Shown here one piece after another: positions 50,698 through 59,591 of a DNA stretch of 64,000 nt. Position 1 is the stretch's first letter; every line of letters begins with the position of its first letter. The stretch covers positions 320,001 through 384,000 of the forward strand of contig CAVWHX010000003.1 in the NCBI GenBank assembly GCA_963754925.1. Direction: 5' to 3'. The notes under the pieces are model-generated. The model did not search any database and had not been told where the DNA came from. It worked only from the letters and a program-made list of their open reading frames with translations. The position numbers were made by a program, and so were the translations under genes. The DNA comes from an uncultured delta proteobacterium (GTDB lineage Bacteria > Myxococcota > B64-G9).

Positions 50698-52540
50698 ATG
50701 AAGGCACGGATCGCGTTCGGATTGATTGGCATAGCGGTAGGTTTCTGCGTTCTCTTCTCTTGTTCAAAAAAGGAAGCTCAGGGAACCGCAGATAAACCCC
50801 TGTCCGGCGCCGCCGACGTTGTGCCGCTGGAGAAAATCAGTCTACCCGAGAACGTCATCGCCTTACTGACCATCGCAAAACCGCAGGAACTGATGCAAAA
50901 GCTGGAGGCGCTCGCAGCCCTGGTATCACCGACGCCGCCCGGGACGCTCGCGAATATGATCAGCAATGGACTCTTCCGCGCGGGGATGAAAGATCCAACG
51001 GTGGTAGACCTCGTAGGCCCGGTGGCGCTCGCCATGCTCAACCCGAAAATTTTTAAAGACCCGTCCCTGGCAATCCTCACCGTGAAGGGCGAGGATGCGG
51101 TTTTGGCGTCGCTGCAACCGGCCTGGAAGCACCAGGGGGTCAAGGACGGCATTCATGAACTCTCGCGCGATGTCACCGATACCTACCAAGCTTTCAGCAA
51201 CGATAACGAGAGCGCGCAGCCGAAAAGGATCCAATATCTCTACCTTAAAATTTCTAGGAAAAGTAATGGTGGCGAGCGGGCAGCGGGAAGCTCTCAACGT
51301 CGATCTGAACGCGCTTAACAAGCTCGCTGCATCCTCTGAACCCACGGGGGCACAACTTATCGTGCTCGTCGATCGCCTTCGAGAGATCAACAAGACGGAG
51401 CTCGCTGCGGCTCAGCCTGCCGCACAAGCAGCAATAATGAATAGCTTGGAGCGATCGGGCATGAAACCGTCCCCGCAAACCGAGGCCTTGGCAGCTTGGT
51501 GCACCGGAAAGATGTTTTCGGCGGTTAATCAACTGCGCGATCTCAGGATTGCCCTTTCGGCACGTGATGATGCGCTTATCGGCCAGGTGTACCTAACGCC
51601 GGAGAACGGCTCCTTCTTTAGCAACGTTCTCGCTGCCCAGGCACATAAACCGTTGCATTTGGTCTCGGTCCTGCCGCCAACGCAACTTCTGGCGCTTGCG
51701 GCAAATGTGCAGTGGAAGCCTTTTAAAAATGACATCAAAGACTTGGCCGTGAATTTATTGCAGTCGTTGCTCAAAGCTCCTCCCTCGCCAGAGTGGCTGT
51801 CCGCGATCGATGACCTGTTGGCATCTCTCGGCGATGAACTGGTGGCATCCGAGGACATCGAAAATAAAAAAATTCACTTTACAGAAGTTTTCGAGGTTAC
51901 GGACGAAACCCGCGCCCAGGAAGCGTTGCCTAAAATAATGCTGCTGATCCAAAAACTGAGCGGAACCGGTTCCCCCGTGGCATACACCATCAGTGGCCCC
52001 AAGCCCCTTTCCCCCTATGCGGGGGTCGGGCTGAAGGCGTTTGAGATATCGTTTGACACTAAAATAGCATCCGCGAAGAAGGCTAAAGTGGTCAAACAAT
52101 TATATGGGGACAAATTTACCCTGGTTTATGGCGTGTTCGATAACCTGATGGGGATCGCTATCGGTGAAAATGCCGAAGCTGAAATGCACCAGTTGATAGA
52201 CCGCGTGCGCAAACATTCCGGAGAACTGCCGGTTGCCTTGAGGAACGCGGGCGGCGATATGCTTGCGGACGCGGGCGGCTTTCTGTTCCTTTCGGTGACC
52301 CGAGCCATAACCGGCACGATGCAGGCACTCGGTCAGCAGGCGCCCGTGACTCAGGGTACCAAGCCGCCGTCGGGAGTATTCGCGCGTTTCGGGTCGAGCC
52401 CGGAGCGGTTTACCATGACGCTGCGACTGCCCGCCGATCACCTCAAGGAAGTGAGCGAGACCATGCAAGCCCTGATTCAGGCTTCAATCGTGAAAAGCAT
52501 TGGGAATCAGGGAATAGCACCACCAAGCAAAGAAAAATAA
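50698..52540 (+). pseudogene. Large hypothetical lipoprotein split by a 1-nt frameshift
   Basis: Lipobox LFSC. Removing one A from 51247-51250 joins the 50698 and 51095 ORFs (YLYLK-FLGKVMV) into 613 aa. Confidence 0.7.
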
Positions 52541-52711
52541 CCGCCACCATTCAGCGACTAATCAGCACCTCGGGAAAGCTCGGAGAAATCGAAAAGCCCT
52601 ACCTGAAACGCCCAAATCTCAGCGTACGGTCATACAGCCCGTTTCGATATCTTGCACAATGATTTCGAAAATCAGACTAACAACCTTCTTGGTCATCCTA
52701 CCGGTAGAAAC

Positions 52712-52740
52712 TTGACAAGGTGTCAGATCCTTTCTATTCT
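52712..52740 (+). promoter_or_regulatory. Sigma70-type promoter facing the cassette array (Pc-like)
   Basis: TTGACA, 17 nt, TATTCT. Confidence 0.6.
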
Positions 52741-53103
52741 AATTATACATAATATCTACACTTATTAGATGGTTGCCGACAGAAGATAGTGCATAACGAG
52801 GCGACTGATGTTTTAAGGAAGCAGGGGTAATTCCTAAAGATGCAAATCGATCTTCTAAAAAATTAGAATTTTATATGGCCGTCCCCAGGTATTTTCAACA
52901 GTGGACCAACTAGTGTTCACAGCATTGTCGGTGGACTCTGAGGCCATCGTGGACGATTTTATGCTGATCCGCATATCACATCATGATAACAAGAACTGCT
53001 CGAAGCAACATGTTTATAAACCAATGGTTATTTACAATGTAAGACTCGTTTCGCGGACGTCTTATACAAAACTCGTATCGGCATTTGGGGTGTTATACGG
53101 ATC

Positions 53104-53123
53104 AATCTAACCAATGTTAGGGC
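53104..53123 (+). mobile_element. attI-like site at the head of the cassette array
   Basis: AATCTAACCAATGTTAGGGC; GTTAGGGC is the exact reverse complement of GCCCTAAC in the first attC. Confidence 0.6.
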
Positions 53124-53471
53124 TTGGACTCGTATTAAGGGGGCTGACATGGACATCAAAAAAGCTGCAATAGCCGTGGGTGCGATGGTTGTAGCTGGTG
53201 TCATTATTGCGGGAGAAACCCTCGGATGGCGAACATTTCTGCCGTCGTTCTCGTCGGCACAAATCAGTGTATCTCCCACTTCTCGCCCTCCCTCTAACGC
53301 GTTCTTCGCAGATGAGAAGCTCTGGGTGACCCTCTCAAAGGCAGATACAGACCACGTGTACTGGGTGTTTAATGAAAGCACCACTGTCATTTCGGGTGAC
53401 GTGCCCCCCGAAAACTGGACCATTTTCAATGAGAGTTCCTTCGGCTAGAATGCCGGAAAGGAGCTTGCTCA

Positions 53472-53738
53472 ATGAAAGGGAAACGGTTTTCTGAGGATAA
53501 GATCATCGGGATATTGAAAGAAGCCGAAGCGGGGGTGAAGCTGTCTGATCTGTGTCGTACGCATGGCTTCTGCGAACAAACGTACTACCGTTGGAAATCC
53601 AAGTACGGCGGGATGGACGTCAGCGAGGCGCGGCGGCTGAAGCAGCTTGAGGAAGAAAACCGAAGGCTGAAGCGTGCCGTGGCCGATCTCACTCTCGACA
53701 ACCAGATCTTGAGGGATATCAACTCAAGAAAATGGTGA
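53472..53738 (+). CDS. IS3 transposase OrfA
   Basis: Protein identical to 284-550. Confidence 0.95.
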   Translation: MKGKRFSEDKIIGILKEAEAGVKLSDLCRTHGFCEQTYYRWKSKYGGMDVSEARRLKQLEEENRRLKRAVADLTLDNQILRDINSRKW

Positions 53739-54643
53739 AGCCCGCAGCGCGAAAGCAGGCCGTTGTGCATGCCCGCGAGGAATTTGGGGTGAGCGAACGA
53801 CGCGCCTGCGGGCTGATGAGGATCGGGCGATCGAGCTTTCGGTACCGTTCGGTAGGCCAACTGTATCCGCAGTTGCGGGAGCGTCTTTTAGAGCTTGCGG
53901 CGCAGCGGGTACGCTTCGGATATCGACGGTTGCAGGTGTTATTGCGGCGGGAAGGGTATGTGGTGAATCACAAGCGGGTGTATCGGCTGTATCGGCAAGA
54001 GGGATTGAGCGTGAGGAAGAAGCAGCGCAAGAGATACCGGAGCATCGCGCGGCAGCCGCTGCGTCTTCCGGAAGGACTCAACGAGCGATGGTCGATGGAT
54101 TTTCTATCTGATTGTCTCTCAGATGGGCGACGGTTGAAGGTGTTGAGCGTGCTGGATGAATTCAGTCGAGAGAGTCTTGCCTTACCCGTAGACACGTCCA
54201 TTTCCGGCAGCCGGGTGGCCAGGATTTTGGACGATATTGCCGCTGAACGGGGTAGGTATCCCGAAGCGATGGTGACGGATAACGGTCCGGAGTTCACGAG
54301 TCGTGCGCTGGACCTCTGGGCGTACCGGCATGGGGTGCAGTTGCATTTTATCGAGCCAGGCAAGCCGGTGCAGAATGCCCTGATCGAAAGCTTCAACGGC
54401 AAATTTCGAGATGAATGTCTCAATCAACATTGGTTTATAAATCTACAAGATGCTCGTAATAAAATCGAATCATGGCGGATGGATTACAATCATGTGCGGC
54501 CACACAGCTCGCTGGGACAGGAGACACCGGCGGAGTTCGCGCGACAGTTTTCAGAGCTTCGGTCGCCTCCGGCTCCCTTCGCTCTGAAAACTGTTGTTGC
54601 TATGGATAAAGGAACGATGGTTAACCATGAACAACTCTCATAG
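53732..54643 (+). CDS. IS3 transposase OrfB (DDE integrase core)
   Basis: WSMDF, TDNGPEF, PGKPVQNALIESFNGKFRDECLN and RPHSSL motifs. Confidence 0.96.
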   Translation: MVKPAARKQAVVHAREEFGVSERRACGLMRIGRSSFRYRSVGQLYPQLRERLLELAAQRVRFGYRRLQVLLRREGYVVNHKRVYRLYRQEGLSVRKKQRKRYRSIARQPLRLPEGLNERWSMDFLSDCLSDGRRLKVLSVLDEFSRESLALPVDTSISGSRVARILDDIAAERGRYPEAMVTDNGPEFTSRALDLWAYRHGVQLHFIEPGKPVQNALIESFNGKFRDECLNQHWFINLQDARNKIESWRMDYNHVRPHSSLGQETPAEFARQFSELRSPPAPFALKTVVAMDKGTMVNHEQLS

Positions 54644-55157
54644 AGAGTGGTCCTATGAACGGGGGCACGTCACGGGCGGCATACAGATCCAGTACACATT
54701 TCCTTTCGATAACGCTGTACCCGTAGGAACAGAGTCGAAAAGACGAATCGACGCATTCTACAAGAGCGGCGACGCCTACAAACACGTGGTGACACGCGTC
54801 AGCATCAGCAATATCCAGATCAAAACAAGTGCATTTTTTGGACCTCTGGGGCTCGCATTGACACTTCCGACAAAGTTACCGGGGGACTGGACGCTTGGCA
54901 CTGTTCGATTGGCGACCCTGTCCGAAGGCAAATTTCGAAATATCGGTATTGAGCCAGAGAGCTCAAGTGCAACTGACACAGATGCTCGTATTGTGTGGAA
55001 TGGCGCTAGGGTTGCATCGGAGTTTGGTTATTCGTCATCTGAAGAAGCGGTATTGAAGTTAGTGACGAATAAAACAGCGTGGGTTTCGGCGGAGTACAAG
55101 GGGCAAAATGCCGGAGATACCCTCACCGTCGTGAAACCTCTTGGCTTGGGAAATAAG

Positions 55158-55232
55158 CCCTAACAAAAGGTATCAGCCGATGTCTTTGCCTCGCTTCGCT
55201 CGACAGGGCTACGGCTGAACCTGGCGTTCGGC
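55158..55232 (+). mobile_element. attC site 1
   Basis: CCCTAAC...TCAGCCG...CGGCTGA...GTTCGGC, starting at the stop codon of the upstream gene. Confidence 0.85.
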
Positions 55233-55256
55233 GGACAGTTTCCAGAAGGAACGCAA

Positions 55257-56276
55257 TTGATTTCAGCAGCTTACATTTTCGGCAAGGCAGCTGAGTTGCA
55301 TCGCTACGATGTTGAGAAGGGTCAAGCCCGATTCGGCGGCCTGTTTCGACCCCCCATTTATCTTCAGGCGTATGCCGAGTCCGCTGAGGTCCTGTTCGAA
55401 CACGCCTCGGGCGCGGAGCGACTGGATGAACTCGCCCAACCACTTCTGTACCTTCACCGACATATTCTTGAACTTGCTCTGAAAAAGCTGTTGCGCTTAC
55501 TGCTGGATCTGAGGGTTGAGAATCGACGCTGGTATGAACTCATGGGTGAGGGACACCAGATTGATCCGCCCTCCTGCAAAGACTACAAAGTCATGCGTTC
55601 GGACCACGATCTCTCCAAGCTTCGCGTTCGCGTGGAGGACAGCCTCAACAAACTCGGATACCCGACGCTACCGCAAGAGTTTCGCCAGGCTGAAGAACTT
55701 ATTCATAATATCGAAAGGAGAGATCCCTCCAGATTTCGCTACCCATACGTAAATATCAAGAAGCGCGTGGAAGAAGCTCCAAGCTACCCAGAAGAGTCTA
55801 CTGTGCAAATTCGTAGCATTCATGAATTGGTGCGCAAGGTGGTCGACGTGCATTGTAGGTTCCCGCAGATCGCCACGGTAGACACGAGCAAATACTCACT
55901 GCTCGAGTACATCGACACCGAAAGCGAGGGCATGGACCAAGTTCGCCTTCAGCACTTTTCTAAACTTGCCGACGAGACCACTGCGGGAAAACTGCCGTGG
56001 ATCCGCTGTACCCATCCAAAACTAAGGACGAAAGACCCGTATCATTTCCTTCAATCGTATGAAATTGTAACGGATGAGTTTCTGCGCGCTGATTTTTTGG
56101 GACGGAATATTGTTATCATTTCTTTATGGGATTCAAGCGGGACCGATCAGAACGCGTTCGCATTGGCTCGACTGACGAATGAAACCACTATCGAATGGCC
56201 TACACTTATTGAGGATCACGAAATTAATGTGGTCCGAGAAGCGGCCAGGGTTGCGGGGTGTGTGGCCGTGAAGTGA
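55257..56276 (+). CDS. Cassette 2: hypothetical protein with a HEPN-like N-terminal domain
   Basis: PLLYLHRHILELALK..HDL..DPSRFRYP motif string. Confidence 0.6.
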   Translation: MISAAYIFGKAAELHRYDVEKGQARFGGLFRPPIYLQAYAESAEVLFEHASGAERLDELAQPLLYLHRHILELALKKLLRLLLDLRVENRRWYELMGEGHQIDPPSCKDYKVMRSDHDLSKLRVRVEDSLNKLGYPTLPQEFRQAEELIHNIERRDPSRFRYPYVNIKKRVEEAPSYPEESTVQIRSIHELVRKVVDVHCRFPQIATVDTSKYSLLEYIDTESEGMDQVRLQHFSKLADETTAGKLPWIRCTHPKLRTKDPYHFLQSYEIVTDEFLRADFLGRNIVIISLWDSSGTDQNAFALARLTNETTIEWPTLIEDHEINVVREAARVAGCVAVK

Positions 56277-56347
56277 AGTAAAGGGACAGACACTAACTGA
56301 AAGACATACATGTTAAAATGGTTTGCTTGCAGATCGAGGCGTATGTC

Positions 56348-56410
56348 CTCTAACAAGTCAAATCAACTTGGGCGTTCTTAAACTCGCGCCGGTTATTTTC
56401 AGCGTTATTT
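56348..56410 (+). mobile_element. attC site 2
   Basis: CTCTAAC...AATCAAC..GGCG..CGCC.GGTTATT...GTTATTT, 63 bp. Confidence 0.7.
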
Positions 56411-56477
56411 GTTTGGAGGATAAGCGGAAATTAATGGCCTTAAGGACCAAATAATGAATGCGCGGAAGGTGAGATAA

Positions 56478-58343
56478 TTGAGCATCTTGTCACGCCTATT
56501 TGGCAAACCGGGCAATGATCGGGCAGAAAACGCGATAGCTCGTGGTGGTGAACGCAGCAAGAGCCACGGGCGTAAAGAGCCACCCAACGACGTTGATCTG
56601 AATTCTGTCGAATACATTCCTCTGCCTCCATCACCACGCACATGGGAAGTCGATGGCCGGGATAATTTCCACCGCGAATACGAAGATCCCCTTCTCAAGG
56701 AAATATTCCAAGCAGGGTGGCAGCGGAAACATACGAAAGTGATCAAGCTCGCCGCAGATCTGGCCCCGGCGCACCTTTCTGGTCAAGCTGGCCAAGTTGT
56801 TGCTAAAGCCTATCGTGATATTGTCCAGAAGCGTCTCAAGGCCAATCAAATCGAGCCCGCCGCATGTTGGGCAAAGGTGATGCTCGATACCGTCCCCGCG
56901 CATTGTACTGACGTAGACAAGCGACGTTATAACAAAATTCTCGATAAACTGGACAAGGCAAAAATTAGGCATGAATTCATACGAATTCAGGCTATTCCGA
57001 CCAACGATGAACCACCATTCGCATTATCGGAAAGCTCTAACTGGACCTTGGTTGAGATCAAGGCGCTTCCGAAGGCTGAAAGACCGGACACGGCTTTCCA
57101 CCTCATGACTTTTACTGTTGACGGTGTGATATATGCCGATCGGCAGGGAAAGGGTGATCTAGCTTCCGGTAGGCCTGGAGCCCTACGGAAATTCGATCGT
57201 GCAGGTAAGTTAGTTGCCGAGCGAGCCATAGATCATGACACTTACAGGGTCGGTTGCGGGCGGCCAACAAGCGCGTTCTGCGCAATCATGGATAGTGAGG
57301 GTGGCCTTCATATCTACGATGGCTCCCTCGTCTTGGTGGTCGAAAGGGATTTGCAGAGCGATAGACGTATCAAGGAACATTTTAGAACCACCGATACCAG
57401 CTACTGGGGCAAATTTCGCAGTCAAGTCCGCGCCGTTGACGTGAACGCGAATGGCCAACTCCACATGTTCACGTTAGCCGACGAGGCTTGGTGCTGTACG
57501 ACAGATGGCGAAACGGTCTGGGGCGTGCGTATGCCGCTAAATGAAGGTTGGGTGCGCGCGGTTGGGCGGAGTGAGCGAACTGGCCCCGGAGTTGAAGTCG
57601 AGGCGGCGCTGCAAACGCTTGGACTTGCTCTTCCGGTAACACCGCAGGAGATTAAACAAAGATTTCGAATGTTGGCGCTGCAGCATCACCCGGATCGCAA
57701 TCCCGGCGACCCTAGTGCGCACCGGCACATGCAGGAGATCAATGAAGCGTTCCAGATACTAACCGGTGTGGATCCGGCGATGATTGATATCGAGGTTGAA
57801 GAGTCAGAAGTGACCTATTTCCGCCGCAAAGCCGCAGATCACGTCATCGAGGCCGGACCAATACGGCTTGAGATCTGGGGGCTGAGCGGCCCGGCCCAAG
57901 ACTGGATCTATGGCGCCTCATTCTTAGCGCATGGCGCTGGAGCATTCTTGGCAACATATTCTGGCAAGGTGGTTGAAGTCAATAGCGCAGGCGTGCCTGT
58001 GCGCGTCTATGATGTTGGCACTGTTCCCGACGAGATTGTGGATGCAGGTGACTATCTTTACTTTCTCACTCCAACGCGTTTGTACGTCTTGCAGGGGCAT
58101 GACCGCCTCGTTGCGCTGGTAGATGTGTTTCGTCAGGGTAGGTTGCTGGTGACATCTAAAGGTTTTGGCCTCCTTGATAGTAAATGCCTCCAGTGGTTCA
58201 CGCCTTCCGGCGCTAAGGTTGGAGAGATTATTACGCGGGACCCGATTCGTGCGCTCTACGATTCAAATGACGGAGCTGTGCTCGAAACCCGACAGCATCG
58301 TACCGTTGTCAAGGGGTTGCGGCTGTCTGAAGCGTATAGGTAA
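56478..58343 (+). CDS. Cassette 3: beta-propeller-like protein with an internal DnaJ (J) domain
   Basis: EIKQRFRMLALQHHPDRNPGD..MQEINEAFQIL (HPD motif) embedded among beta-strand repeats. Confidence 0.75.
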   Translation: MSILSRLFGKPGNDRAENAIARGGERSKSHGRKEPPNDVDLNSVEYIPLPPSPRTWEVDGRDNFHREYEDPLLKEIFQAGWQRKHTKVIKLAADLAPAHLSGQAGQVVAKAYRDIVQKRLKANQIEPAACWAKVMLDTVPAHCTDVDKRRYNKILDKLDKAKIRHEFIRIQAIPTNDEPPFALSESSNWTLVEIKALPKAERPDTAFHLMTFTVDGVIYADRQGKGDLASGRPGALRKFDRAGKLVAERAIDHDTYRVGCGRPTSAFCAIMDSEGGLHIYDGSLVLVVERDLQSDRRIKEHFRTTDTSYWGKFRSQVRAVDVNANGQLHMFTLADEAWCCTTDGETVWGVRMPLNEGWVRAVGRSERTGPGVEVEAALQTLGLALPVTPQEIKQRFRMLALQHHPDRNPGDPSAHRHMQEINEAFQILTGVDPAMIDIEVEESEVTYFRRKAADHVIEAGPIRLEIWGLSGPAQDWIYGASFLAHGAGAFLATYSGKVVEVNSAGVPVRVYDVGTVPDEIVDAGDYLYFLTPTRLYVLQGHDRLVALVDVFRQGRLLVTSKGFGLLDSKCLQWFTPSGAKVGEIITRDPIRALYDSNDGAVLETRQHRTVVKGLRLSEAYR

Positions 58344-58417
58344 GGCATCCGATTGGAGAGAACAACAAAGCCAACAATTGTCGTGGAATTGGGTTTTGGT
58401 TGCTGTGAGCGGGGAAC

Positions 58418-58475
58418 ACACAACCAGGCTAATTCAGCCGACTCGTAAACTCGAGGCTGATTTGCATCGTTGGCC
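58418..58475 (+). mobile_element. attC site 3
   Basis: ACACAAC...TCAGCC...GGCTGA...GTTGGCC, 58 bp. Confidence 0.8.
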
Positions 58476-58540
58476 AGACATCATGGCAAACACAACTTTT
58501 TTATGGAACCTATATAAAGATTAATGAACGGAATACACAA

Positions 58541-59497
58541 ATGCCTATCACTGCCAATATTGTGCTTGAATTGATCTCTCGTCATGAAGGTCCAATTCTG
58601 GATTTCAAGGTAACCCAATATAATTGGAACAATGAGGGAAATCTCGAACTTGCCAAGGATCTTATGGCTATTGCGAATGGGCTTTCGCTTGTCAGCCCAC
58701 CGGGCTACATACTCATTGGCGTTGATATCAATCCCGATCAAACTGGTCGTCTAGTTGGCGTAGAACCTACGGCACATCTAGATGATGCAAACATGCACCA
58801 AAAGGTGAAATCTATCTTAAACCGGCCTCCGTCATTCTTGTATGCACCGATTGAGATTGATAGATTGTCTATTGGTGTATTTGAAATTTTCCCAGGTGGA
58901 CGTCCTTACTACCCACTAAAAAACCGAGGGAATCGTAACAAACTAACAAGGTTCGAAGCTCGTATTCGAATCGGATCTTCCACAGATGTGGCTTCTCCTG
59001 AACAGATACAGTCTTGGTTGCGGGAAGACGAATACGTACTTCGGCAACAACATGTTCATGATAGTTTATCACGATTTCTCGGTTTTCTCGTCGAGGCAAT
59101 CGAGGGGAATCCATTTCACTGGAGCAAGCATGTGTTCTATTGCGAACCCTTATCGATCAAGCTAGACACTCTGCGCTCGATCAAGACATCCATTGAAGCT
59201 GGATCGTTTCTGATGAATCCGTTGCAGAAGAAATGTGTTATTGAATCAGCACACGAAACTCACTTATCATTTCGTTCACTAAGTCCTGCGGCTTTTCAAC
59301 TTTCTGGTCGGCATGGGATACTATGGATAAGCTTGGATAACTCTATCAGTCAACTTGCCAAACTTTTTCCTTTCAAGTGTGATTTGCAACCATTGGAGAA
59401 ACACCCAATAATCTTTGGTGAGGATTCATTTGCCTTAGCATTCTGCGAGCTTGTGGAACACATGATCCTATTTGAAGAAGCAAGAGATACACTATAG
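58541..59497 (+). CDS. Cassette 4: Schlafen/AlbA_2-domain protein with an unknown C-terminal domain
   Basis: EGPILDFK..LAKDLMAIAN..GYILIGVD..RIGSST. Confidence 0.8.
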   Translation: MPITANIVLELISRHEGPILDFKVTQYNWNNEGNLELAKDLMAIANGLSLVSPPGYILIGVDINPDQTGRLVGVEPTAHLDDANMHQKVKSILNRPPSFLYAPIEIDRLSIGVFEIFPGGRPYYPLKNRGNRNKLTRFEARIRIGSSTDVASPEQIQSWLREDEYVLRQQHVHDSLSRFLGFLVEAIEGNPFHWSKHVFYCEPLSIKLDTLRSIKTSIEAGSFLMNPLQKKCVIESAHETHLSFRSLSPAAFQLSGRHGILWISLDNSISQLAKLFPFKCDLQPLEKHPIIFGEDSFALAFCELVEHMILFEEARDTL

Positions 59498-59525
59498 TGA
59501 ACACTGAATGTAGAAATGACAATCT

Positions 59526-59584
59526 GACCAACAGGCACATGCAGACGGCCGCCGCGCGGCCGCGCCTGATGCAGGGTGTTGGGC
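59526..59584 (+). mobile_element. attC site 4
   Basis: GACCAAC...GCAG...CTGA...GTTGGGC, 59 bp; TCTGACCAAC complements the cassette start GTTGGCCAGA at 9/10. Confidence 0.82.
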
Positions 59585-59591
59585 TGTAACC

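Larger units (their letters stand above)
53397..54672 (+). mobile_element. IS3-family (IS407-like) insertion sequence, copy 2, complete, 1276 bp
   Basis: TG...CA ends; imperfect IRs TGACGTGCCCCC..GGACCA; 4-bp TSD CGGG at 53393-53396 and 54673-54676. Confidence 0.97.
53149..55163 (+). pseudogene. Cassette 1: membrane-anchored hypothetical gene interrupted by the IS3 element
   Basis: Removing the IS and one CGGG restores ...TTVISG-GIQIQY..., a 244-aa ORF whose TAA lies in the attC R'' box. Confidence 0.88.

Noticed and set aside
52874..52900. ATGGCCGTCCCCAGG, resembling a reverse-complement tRNA 3' end or att site
   Set aside because: No TTCGA T-loop or cloverleaf; too short.
52540..53100. 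Integron integrase gene or remnant upstream of the array
   Set aside because: No ORF with tyrosine-recombinase motifs is visible on either strand.
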